Shown here piece after piece: positions 36,265 to 46,698 of a stretch of 46,698 nucleotides of DNA. This DNA is from Atractiella rhizophila (Eukaryota), in NCBI GenBank assembly GCA_021432655.1, contig MU271545.1:1-46698 (forward strand), given 5' to 3'. Position 1 is the first letter of the stretch, and every line of letters starts with the position of its first letter. A program made the position numbers and the translations under genes. The notes under the pieces were generated by a model, which searched no databases, was not told the origin of the DNA, and was given only the letters and a program-made list of their open reading frames with translations.

Positions 36265-37691
36265 ACGGCGTTCTCGATTCTCCACTTCACGTGTATGCGG
36301 TGATCACGATCCAAATCTGAGACTATCGCTTCTTCCAGGACTCTCATCCTTCGTTGTACTTCACTTTCCTTCTTTCTGTACTCGTCGAGTTCCGGATCAC
36401 AATCCTTCGGTTCTTTACTTATAGCAGAGTAAATGTTAGATTTAGGAAAATGAAATACGTTCCATTTTCAACCACTTTCATCAACGTTGAACTCAGACTG
36501 TTGCATTTCTAGTCTGGAGCTACGAGCTATCCAAGGGCTCTCTGCACAGGATCGTCGATCATCTGAAGGCGAAGACATTGACATGAGAACGATCACTTCG
36601 CAACTCCATTAATCACTGGCTAACACAAGTAGGTTCGAAATTATGCTGAACCATCTCGGATGTCAACGCTCCACACCAATCCACATCCCCTACAGTTTGT
36701 ATCAAGGTTTGTGGTTATCGCCAGAATCGGAATGCGGCGGCGAGCCACCAGGAGGAGATGTCTGGTGCAAAGAAAGATGCGGAATGGCTTACGGAACTGC
36801 GATTTGCCAAAGTGGCGGCGAGCACTCGTGGATGAGTTGAAATTCCATTCTTGGTCCAAAGTTCCGCCCGACTATGACGGCGTCCCCGCTGATTCATGAA
36901 GGATGAGAGGACTCAAGTTTAATCCACCATGATCTGGTAGATCGTGCTGGACCGACTTGAAGTTGGACACAAGCTTGTCGGAAAGCAGCTCTTCCGACTC
37001 GGATAGAACATGTCATGATGCTCAAGCTCGCATAGAAGAAGGAAATTCCTTTCAACCCAGGAAAGTCCTCAATACACAGCAAACGTGATCTACTTTGGAC
37101 ATGTTGGACGTGACGCGATTGATGCCAAAACAAGCAAGACATGCCCATGTGCCGGCTCAATTCGTCAACCAAAGATCCAATGGGAGAACTCTTCCATTAG
37201 AAAGCACTGGGACCGTTTTCACAAGCTTGGAAGAAAGAAGACGAAGAAGCCATGGAATGGAACGGGCTCGTCATCTCCGTTTCTCCCTTGAAGAATGTAG
37301 CAATGGAAGATCCTCTTGAAGACTCACTCCTGGAGGCAGTTAGGGGCTATCCTTTGTCGAACAAGCATGCATGTAGCAAATCTGTATTCCCTTTGTTTGA
37401 GCCCAAACACGCGAATGATTGAGGAAGCTATGTAAGAAGTTGCGAATGTTGGCCAGACGATGATTCATGTAACATTCATGCTTGCCCGGTCTAGAAGATT
37501 TCATTGAACAGTAAGTGGAACGTGATTTCCTGTTGCTTTGCAGCAGAACCAAACTTTGAGGACAAAAGGAGCAAAGTCAACGATTTGGGATCAATTAGAG
37601 CGCTTCTCGCGATTTTACACTCGGGAGAGATGTTTGGATCCTGCTACAAATGCGAACTGTGATGTGTGAATGGTGAGGCAATCAAGGTCAA

Positions 37692-38255
37692 CTAGAAGTC
37701 TACCATGCTACCTGCATCCCAGACCTTACAGCGTGTCAACGCAGGAAGTGCTTCGAAAGAGGTTGAAGGCCACTTCACTATCGAGCTCTGACTTCCAATT
37801 CCTCCTAGCGACGAGTATTTCACATTCAAGTTAGCTGACCACAAAGCTGGGAAGGAAGAGAAGCTATGTTGGTGCTCGATTGGTTCACCAGGAGCATCGT
37901 CGATAGTGCAACACATTCCTGCTGAGGTAAAAACCCATACCAGAACGTTTTCCACAGTAAGAGAACTGACGTCTGCTTGTGCGTAACTGGCATGTCCTCC
38001 GTTGTAGGGTTGTACGGGTATTTCTGAACAGATTTGCAGACCCTTGAAAGCAGGCAGCGTCCTAAAGCAGCCTTGCTGATATAGCAAGTATGCAGCTACA
38101 AAAATGAACAACTAAACTGTACATGCTAAAAGATATGTACCGTACACTTAGAATTGGGATGCCCCTAGAGCTAGAGATATCCCTGCCTATAAACAGCAGC
38201 GTCTTCTCTCTGGAGGGGTTGTCCCTATTTGCACCAAAGTTGAACTGCAGGCAAA
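37692..38255 (-). pseudogene. 3' exons of an unidentified gene whose 5' part is not found
   Basis: Exon-like ORFs 38062..38265 and 37692..38111 with GT-AG-like borders. The upstream intron-like segment runs into a (TA)n tract at 38269-38280. Confidence 0.35.
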
Positions 38256-38463
38256 CTGGAGTCAAGGGAATATATATATAGATGAAAATTGACGAAATTT
38301 TGGCCTGCTTTGTCAGAAAAGTTCACATAGATGTCCAAATTTTCGACCAGTTTGTCACACCAAATACACTTTGCCGACCGCACATCAGAATCACAAGCAA
38401 CATCAACATTCCAACATTCATTCACCCAGGACCAGGCCCAACATATTGATCAAGCCCAAGGAC

Positions 38464-39247
38464 ATGGTTACACTGAATAGTCCCCCTTCTACCCCCTCCC
38501 GTTCGGAGCTTCGACAACGTCGAGAGGCTCTACTGCGACAAGTGGAGAAACGGTCTTTGCGCTCACAACGGTCATACTGCCCTGCCTCTTCTTCTGCTTC
38601 AGCCTCTCCATTCCCAACGATCGAGCTGCGCAGATCCTTGTCTGCCTCAAATGTTAATAATCGAGGCAGTCCCTTGGCTAGGAAGAAAAAGGTGGGAAAA
38701 GTGATAGTGTTGAGCGAATTGGATGCTCGTGCGACGGGTATGTTTTACTCATACTTTAATACATTGGGCCTGATATGGAAAAAGGGTTGCCCACATCGCT
38801 TCTCCATTCTTCACCAGGACCGTTACCTACCGTCCCTCAGTGTCCAAGTGCCCCGATGTTTCTCCAACGAGCCGCGCCGAATCCAAATAGGTCAAGCTCT
38901 GTTCCTCCTATGCCCAGCTCTCTCCAAGCTCAGCTATTCCTGTCACAAGATTGTCGATTTTGTGGAAAGCCGCTACATCTTGCTCCGACTCCTCGGGTAG
39001 GCACTTCCTTCCCGTCTTTGCTACTTGACAATGTTGCTGATTGTTCGCTTAGTCCGGGGGACTGTTTTTGGCCTGTCCAGATGGAGGATCATCTACCATG
39101 GCTCGTGGCCAACCGCACAGCCGAATCGATTTGGCCACCTTCGATCCCCAAGAACGCAAAGGTATTGCGTGGGCATTTCTCTGTCAAGGACGATCTACCT
39201 CTGCCGCCCAAGACGCCTATTTTGCGCTAGGATGGGATAAGTGGTGA
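38464..39247 (+). CDS. Orphan gene A: Ser/Pro/Arg-rich protein with a zinc-ribbon-like motif
   Basis: Introns 38738-38784 and 38997-39052 give a continuous frame ending CRFCGKPLHLAPTPR/SGGLFLACPDGGSSTMARGQPH...ALGWDKW*. Basic stretch RKKK. Confidence 0.65.
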
Positions 39248-39393
39248 CCTTTGACAATAGACTATCTGCCTGATTTGATTGCATTGCCTTTTAGGGGGAC
39301 TGCCTACCTTGTTTGTGACGTTCCCTTTACTTCTGTCTTTCGAACTTCCATCCTTTTTCTGTTGTCTCTGTGTTTTTGACCTCGATGTGGGAG

Positions 39394-39535
39394 ACCATTC
39401 TTTTGTCACTCGATTTGTGTTTCCAATCTCAAAGACGTTGTGTTTTGTCTTCTACTTTCAGCACACCATTCCTTTGTCACTCGATTTGTGTTTCCAATCT
39501 CAAAGACGTTGTGTTTTGTCTTCTACTTTCAGCAC
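39394..39535. repeat. Tandem repeat, 2 x 71 bp
   Basis: accattc(t/c)tttgtcactcg...ctttcagcac twice, one mismatch. Confidence 0.95.
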
Positions 39536-39999
39536 CGTTGTCTCTTCCTGTGACAGTTTCATCCACTTACTCAAACCTCATGACAAAGCTTTTGTCCCAC
39601 TCATTGGATGTTGAAATTTATAACTTACAGACCTTCAGATGGTCATGTACTCCAGCCTGTTGATGTTCGCTTCCCTTTCTGTCTTTCTTGTTGAACCTGT
39701 TATCACATCTTTCTCTATTGTATTTTGATTTGTCATGTCTTCTATGTCTGCAATTAATAAAATGAGCGATCATTATTTCAACATGTACCAAGATGTGTTC
39801 AAGTAATAAGAAGTGAAATACCCTGACTACACTATTCCATCCTTGCGGAAGCCCATAAGCGGAAAGTGTAATGTGTAGGACCAAGACATATCGACAAGAT
39901 GACATAAACGAGAATAAACGCAGAAAGAGAAGGAATATGAACGATTACCAAGTTCTAAAATAATATAAATAATGCCTTACCTTCCTCTGCTTCGTACAG

Positions 40000-41398
40000 T
40001 TAGACCTGACCTGCTGCTATGCGATGGGCCTTTGGTCGCAGCTTGCTCAATACTTTTGTAGGAGCCAAGGTTGGATTGCTATCGGTTAGATCGGATAATG
40101 AGGAGGTGGAGGGGGACTGACACTTTGGACTATGCGGTTGATTTACCGGTTTCCTCCTTTTTGGTAAGGTGACGTTCCTCCTCCGGACCGCTCCATTTCG
40201 CTGCGGTTGAGATGCAAGGAGAGCTTCAGCTTTCGTGGTGAGCTGGAGATCGTTGGATGACGTGATGCGGGGGATAAGAGGAGGAGGGGCACGTTGGGAG
40301 ATGGATTCGTAAAGAGCCGTCGTGTTTCTGGTAGTAAGACCAAGATCGTTGGGGAAGTCGGAAAGCGGATCTAGGTGAAGCAGGAAGTTCCACGCCATCC
40401 ATGAACGTTGCATCTTGCGGATCAGGACCGCATTGCTATCGAGAATATCCGTAAACCAGCGATATTCCATGTCATCTAGCTCCTCTTTTACTTCCTCCAA
40501 TCTCTCCTTCTTATCCTTGTCAAAATGCAGGCTGACGGCTAAGTCCTCTGCCATTCTTTCTGTGTCAATCGCATGACCCCCTTCCCAAGGATAACGTAGA
40601 AGAGGGGAGAGAGGTGAGATTGGAACATATTGATACAGAGGGGAAAAGATCGTTCTGAATAAAAGGAGGAGGAGCCACCGATGACGTCCTTCAGGAGGTT
40701 CAAAGTCGATGACCGCCTTAGTGGCAATTATCTCGAATGCCTTCCTGTCGCTACGAAAAGAATTGAGGAGCTGGCAGAGCTGGTTGCCTTGCAGTTTCTC
40801 CTCCGAATCAAAGATCTGGCGCGCAAGAATGGCAGAGGGAAGAGGGCCGGCAAAATCACCTCCTTCGTCTTCATCTGAAGCGTAGACATCGTCTTCGATT
40901 TTTTTGCAGTTGTTCTTTTGTCGTGCCCGAGATCTGTTAAAATATACATATTGAGTACGCGTTTTATTACAGGAGACATTAAACGCACTCTCTTTTAGCA
41001 GCAGTATTCCTTGCTTTCTTCACCTCAGGGAGTAGAGGAAGAAGATGCTGCCTCCCTTGATTCCCTTCCTCCACCCAGTCCGTGGCACGATGACGATCAG
41101 ACTTGTAATGCTTTCTTGCTCTGCAACCGTCGTTGATGTGGGCGTCGCAATCGTCGAAGAATTCGTGGAGGCAATAATCAACTCTTTTGCCGACAAGAAC
41201 ACGCCAAAGATTCCGTGAACCGTCCCATGTCCTAACAGTTACCCGCTCCAGATCCGCGACCTTGCTATACGATTCGTATCCTGTAACCTTCCTGCGGCAG
41301 ATGAAAGTGTTTCCATCTTCTTTCTCGTAGCTGAAAAAAATGGTACTCCCTAATGTGGATGAAATGTCATGTTTGCGAATATCGAATGGGACAGCCAT
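40000..41398 (-). CDS. Orphan gene B (~450 aa) with an N-terminal C2H2 (matrin/U1-like) motif
   Basis: ORF 40979..41398 splices via GTGCGT...TTAACAG (~40987-40934) into a stop-free frame continuous with ORF 40000..40554. Contains CLHEFFDDC...ARKHYKSDRH and basic PKRRK. Confidence 0.7.
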
Positions 41399-41707
41399 GA
41401 CAGGGATCCTGTAAAGCGAAATATAAAGATCAGATGTCTTTTATATCGGCAGGATTAGAGCAGTAGATTATGATCTTTTCCCCTATTTTGCAACTTCGGA
41501 TCCGCAACCCTTCCCGCAGAATTGCTCCCTGCTACCAACAAAGCCAACTACCCCAAGATTCCCCTACCTTCAATTAGCTGTGTGGTGTAACGTTGTTTTG
41601 GCAACTTGTACGTTATTCTCTCCTGATAATGACTTATTCTGACAGTTTGACTTCTAGCTTCTTACACTGAGGCTTCACTTCTTGCACGTCTTGTATAATC
41701 ATTTGAT

Positions 41708-42766
41708 ATGCCGTCCTCCTCCACCACTCTGCCAGGGCAAGCTATAGGGGCAGCTTATCCAAATCTACAGCAGATTGAGTCTGTCAAACTCACTATGCTA
41801 GCAAAACAATGGCAACACCTCCTTCCTGCCTATACGAACCGAGTAGAACCTCCTATTCCCTTCCTCCAAGCCCAAGCATTCGAAGCGACTTACAAATGCT
41901 CTGCTTGTTGGGTCTACCTGGGTGTTTTAGAGAAGGGCCGCCATCACAATTGTTCTGGGGCGGAAAGATTTCGCAACGATCTGAAGGAAGTAATAGTGCG
42001 ATTAGAAGCTGGAGAAGATCCTTACGACGCAGACTATGTCTCTCCATCTCGTCTTGCTGTCATTAAATGGGAAAATAATCTCATCGATCCATTTCTTTCC
42101 TCTGGTTCTGCTGTGACACCACCCGCATCTCCGGCATCGACTCCACGCAAGAGAAAAAGAGAACAACCATTCTCAACTCCTGGAGAAAGAGATCGCTCTT
42201 TCAACCGTACAATGGCAAGCTTGCAGAGTAAGGTGTGGACTATACTCCTTCATTTCGATGTTTACACTAAGAATGTTTGATTTCAGTTGCCCAAGTATGA
42301 GCATACGTCAAATGGGAATATGCTGGTTGTTGCATTTCCGTAAGTCCTCTCCTCTCTTTAAGCCCAAACCTATACTCACGTAAATTGTTACATTCCCAGC
42401 GCCGATCCCCCTCCTGCTCTTCGTGATGCCAGGGTGCTAACAGACGCTGAACTACGCGAAATCGTACAAAATGCCATTACCATCACAGCTTCCTCTGTGT
42501 TCACTTCGGACGAGGAGTTCCCAATGTTCAAGAACCTTATCAAAGGTTATGTCACTCAGAAAGCGTCTGCATATTGGGCTAAAAATGCAGATGAAGCGGT
42601 AGCAGCCAGTAGTGCGATGCGAGCTAAGCTTACAAATTGGGAGGAAGTGAGTAACTTCCTTTCTTCTAGACCATACCTAGTACTGAGGTTGATACAGGTT
42701 GTTATGAACCAAGATCAATTGCGCACCGGTCCTGACGCGCCAGGCTCTAGTCAGGAATCGCCCTGA
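41708..42766 (+). CDS. Orphan gene C with a C2HC-like motif and an NLS-like stretch
   Basis: Introns 42233-42286, 42340-42399 and 42647-42697 keep the frame. Contains CSACWVYLGVLEKGRHHNC and PRKRKRE. Confidence 0.7.
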
Positions 42767-42858
42767 TTACTTACGGCAGTACATGTTCTTATATTTCTTC
42801 TTCTCTTGATTTGTACATCGTATTCATTGATCAGAATGTAAATTTACATCGTAATACA

Positions 42859-45800
42859 TCATGATCCTAGACCAGTCGCAGGTGGGAAGTGACTGGCTCC
42901 ACGAGAACGAAGTAATAAAATTCGATTGTGAATCAAGAGATGAATGCGAAGATAGCGATTGGCTTGTTCTTGATGCATGAAAGACAGAGATTTTTCGATC
43001 ATTTTGACAGTCAAGTTTCCTACCTCACAGAGAGAGCTGCGTATAGCATAATATGATGGATTAGTGGCCATATAATGAGCTAGCAATGTCGCAGCGGAGC
43101 AGGAAACGTGGTTGATTCCATGGAGCTCATCGGTTAAAAAAAGACTCTTCCGAAAAAATTGATACTCCCTGGCCATGCAATACCGATGCAGCTGACACGC
43201 ATAATCGTAGACGATGATGTCGGGAGCGATGAGGAAATGGCAGAACAGAACAGAGAAAAAGTCATTTCTTCCCTCATGGTTGGGGATAAGATGAAATCCT
43301 AGGCAGAAACCGTGGAGCAAGCACCATAAGATGAAGACACCGCCAGTCCTATCTCACTTCTTTTTGGTTTCCTTGTCAAACTCTTTAGATGGACAACCTG
43401 CTCCTAAGTTGTCGCTGGGAGAATCTTGCTGACCATCGTTGATAAAGTTGGCATAGAAAGGGCGTTCACGAATTTTAGGCAAAAAGTACTCGTATCCACT
43501 GTAGACTGGATTAGGCTGGGCTGTCTCAAAAAGTTGAGTGTGGTAAGGTCCATCAGGTCCATCCGGCTCATATAGCGGTCCAACTACTGAAGTTTGTGTG
43601 GTAGAGCAAGGTAAAAGCTGAGGGAGGCGAGGAAATCTTCGGGTCTGGTCATCCTTGCAATTCTCAAGATAATTTTGAAAAGATTGAAGCCTGGAAACAA
43701 AAAAAGCAGCCAAAGACGCAAAGGCTGGAATGCTCTTCTTGATCGTAGCCTCTTCAGCTAGCCTCGCGCGTTCTAGAATATCGCCGTAAGATGGAAACTG
43801 TTGCTTGATCCGGAGAATTAATAGCCAGCTTTTTTTGCTAGACAATGTTGGATCTTGCAGTTGTTCGTTAGTGAGAGCCTGCAGACAAGGTAATAGATCA
43901 TCGGCGACCACTTGTGTGATCCAATCGGGAGAGGTCAGGATTTCAAGAAGGATGCGAAGTTTGGCTTGGAATGCACGAACTGGGTTCACAAAAATCGTGC
44001 CATCAATTGTAGGGTCCATTGACATGATAATTGCCATTGCTGTCAACCCATGAAGAGCAAGCCACAGGGAGTCCATGTCTGGACCCTTGATTTGTCCGAA
44101 TGACAAACGGTCTGCATCTTCAGGATTATTCTGATCCTGATCGTAAATGAGATCTTGTTTTGTACTCCGTGTCTTGGTTTGTCTTGCTCCTTCTGACACG
44201 TCCTGCATCTTCTCTACCTTCCTAACCCTAGGAGCTATGGCTTGGACGAGGCGGGAATCAAGGCAAGGTAGTGTGATAACAGGCAGGTTTAAAGTGGATG
44301 CCTTCCTCTGCTTCAAGCTGTCGAGAAGTGCATTAGCTAAAGATTTCCAGTCTTCAGCTTTGATGGGAATTCGAAGTTGAGCAGCTTCTTTTCCTAACAG
44401 TGCTTTCAGGTGATTCGACAGAGAAATCCAAGGTAAACAGATGCGAATGTTAGTTGGTGGTAGCCTGGTGTAATCTGGAAAGTCTGGATTTGGTTTGCTC
44501 GGTGGTTGAAGTTCAGCTGTGAATAGATCTTTGTAGGAACCAGACATTTTGCCATCGCCTCCCACGACCTTATAGCTATCGTTGGGACAGAGTGGACAAT
44601 GAAAGCGTTCGTTAAAATCAAGGAGGTCCAAGTAGCGATAGTAGGCTGCAAGAATGACCGGAAAACTGGGAAGGTCAAAAGGAGACGCATGGTTTTTGTA
44701 GATGCTCTGCATTTTCCAGTACTCGCCATTAATCGTCATAGATTGGCGAGAGGCAAGAAGGAATGAAACTAGAAGTTCGTGAGTGAATAAGAATTTGTTA
44801 TTGTAATTCAGAATACAATAAGCAACCAGATCTGGTCCTATGCTGCCTTTCGTGCAATTCTTGGATACACAGCGCCTTGTTCCAACTGTGACTTTGCGAG
44901 CTCCTAATGTGGTAAATAAAATTGCTTCGGATAACTCAGTTTGAGAAAGAGCGGATAAAAAAGGCAAATCGCTGCCTCTTGCTCGACAACTGTCAACACA
45001 ACAGCAACCATCACTGTCATATGGAAAGTGGCTGGGCAGCAAAGTCGGAGTGAAAAATTCTGGCCGCGGATACTTGTTAGTGTCTTCTGGCAAAGCAATC
45101 CAAGGAGCTGGAGGGATTCTGGTCAGAGAAACGCTGGCTGGGAGGCGCCGGCAGGACCGGGGGGCCTCGATCGTGGAGGAAATGTCAAAGTGAAATCCCT
45201 TCGTATCTGTCGCATCAAACGTTCCGGGAGAGCTAAGAACCAAGTCAGCTAGCTGATAAACTTCGTCCTTTTGTTCATCTTCAACAAGAAATCTAGAAGT
45301 GAGCTGGATGGCAGGCTGAATGTGCGGACATCGTGCAAAGTTGGCTCCAGAACAGCTGCTGCACCTCCACAATCCAGGTCCTAAACCGGAAACGAAACAA
45401 AGCTTTCCGGAAACATTCTTCGTGCTATCTAAAGCACGGCACATAGCAAAGGTGAGCATAGGAGGTTCGAGCTGATAATGAACAAATCGAATGCGGGGGG
45501 TTTCAGCTATGCATAAAACTGAGCCTTGACCGTAGCGATAAAGAAGAAAATACAGACCATGAAATGTTGGAGGGTCCTCTCCCCCCGTTGCGTCAAAGAT
45601 ATACTTCACGACCACACCGACATGAGGGCAGTAATGAGATCCACTTGCATTGCGACCATATTCGAGGCAATTGCAGGCGGCTGCAAAACGTTGGGTGTCA
45701 ATAGTGCACTGACTGAGAAGGTCCTCCGGAAAGGAATTGTACCCAACGTTGATTTGGAAATAATTGCAACGAGCCTGAGTAAACATCTGTTAAGCAGCAC

Positions 45801-46383
45801 GATGCACTATTAAGTGGAAGGATCTTACCTTTTCAGTTTGGCGTTTTTCGGTGGCTTGAATAACAAACGTATATCTATCAAAGCGACGGTATCCCACTTC
45901 TCCACGGAGCATTCTCCCCCAAAGTGAATCAACTTCCTCCATTTGTGCCTCGGAAAGATGAAGGTAATCTGCGAAGAAAGAGGTGGAGTTTAATACCTCC
46001 TCTGACGAAAGGACATCCTTGATTAAAAGCGGCCGAGACATCTTTGGCTGTTGTCGAGTAAGAGCTTCAAGCCGCGAGAGGAAGGAATTCGTGCGAACAG
46101 CAGAGAGCGTGTTGAGGTCTAAAGGTTGAGGTGGACTTTTTGTTTGAACTCTAGCGAATAGGCGGTCAAGTAACGAGTGCCTTGGTTTATTCGATTCCTG
46201 TACAGAAGCTGCTGGATCGCGGACCGTAGAGGAGTTGAACAAGCTGCTCGGTCTGGTGGCAAAAAGGCGAGCTGATGGGAATGTAGAGTGGTTTGGTAAT
46301 TCAACTGTTGGCGTTGTATTGGGAATGCCATTCTGTTGAACATTCCGTTTAGTAATGAAAGTTTCTAAAGATCTGAGGGACAT
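42859..46383 (-). CDS. KDZ-superfamily (Kyakuja-Dileera-Zisupton) transposase, CxC4/HMGXB3-like, with one in-frame TGA
   Basis: SWIM-like CNC..CPH and CSSC..CPH; CxC4-like IGPDLVAYCILNYNNKFLFTHELL..CPLC; RNase H-fold catalytic motifs VVGGDG, TGGVFILWC..HGFCLGFH..EGRND, IIVYDYAC, DELH and SSLCEVGN. A 42-nt intron (45828-45787) joins the upstream exon in frame. TGA at 43354-43356. Confidence 0.85.
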
Positions 46384-46698
46384 AATAGCGCACGCTGAAT
46401 GGGAGAAAAGTACAGCTTGGGAGAGAACCAAGCCATATATGTGTCAATGTGATTGGCATCACTGCTTCTGGAACAGTGAGTGTTTCACTCATTCACCACA
46501 ACAGCTCCAACTTAATTAAGCTGTGAAGCTCAATGTAGTCAAGTTCCACAATGTTCTCACAAGGTGGAAAATGTGCGCGAGCAAGAGGTAGGCTGATTGG
46601 AAGCGTAATGATCATTGCACAAAACAGTCAGTGAGCTACATTGTGACATCAGGCTTGCTATTTATTTGAAATGAGGAGGACGAACGTTAGCGTATATT

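Noticed and set aside
36690..36760. CIKVCGYRQNRNAAAS resembles the TnpB/Fanzor C-terminal zinc ribbon and RuvC-III motif
   Set aside because: The catalytic Asp is absent, no upstream RuvC-I/II motifs are seen, and the frame has nearby stops. More likely chance or an unrelated pseudogene.
43348..43360. GTGAGATAG spanning the transposase stop as a possible intron
   Set aside because: Nine nucleotides is far too short for spliceosomal removal.
38281..46698. Terminal inverted repeats for the KDZ element
   Set aside because: No convincing inverted match found between the left candidate edge and 46400-46698. The ends remain undefined.

Overview
Eukaryotic fungal DNA; the many ~45-70 nt introns and micro-exons and the gene families present suggest a basidiomycete (inference). 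It contains two N-gaps. Left part (1-6.3 kb): a partial minus-strand gene, a COP9 signalosome subunit 6 gene and an MFS transporter. Middle (6.4-26.1 kb): a ~20 kb nested transposon island. It holds a full-length but dead Ty1/copia element (very short LTRs, 5-bp TSD), six copies of a ~490-bp solo-LTR-like element that twice inserted into its own copies, gypsy and copia fragments, and a CACTA/tnp2 transposase pseudogene. The island is bracketed by two diverged copies of the MFS gene's last exon, both still open. Next (26.6-36.3 kb) come host genes: a Mis14/Nsl1-like kinetochore protein, a myo-inositol/sugar porter, a DUF6534-like membrane protein and a cytochrome P450. The right end (38.3-46.4 kb) is the most interesting part: a KDZ-superfamily (CxC4/HMGXB3-type) transposase, intact except for one in-frame TGA, sits beside three compact spliced orphan genes, each with a different zinc-binding motif. 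This is a candidate cargo-carrying KDZ transposon. All calls come from reading the sequence by eye; no database searches were run.
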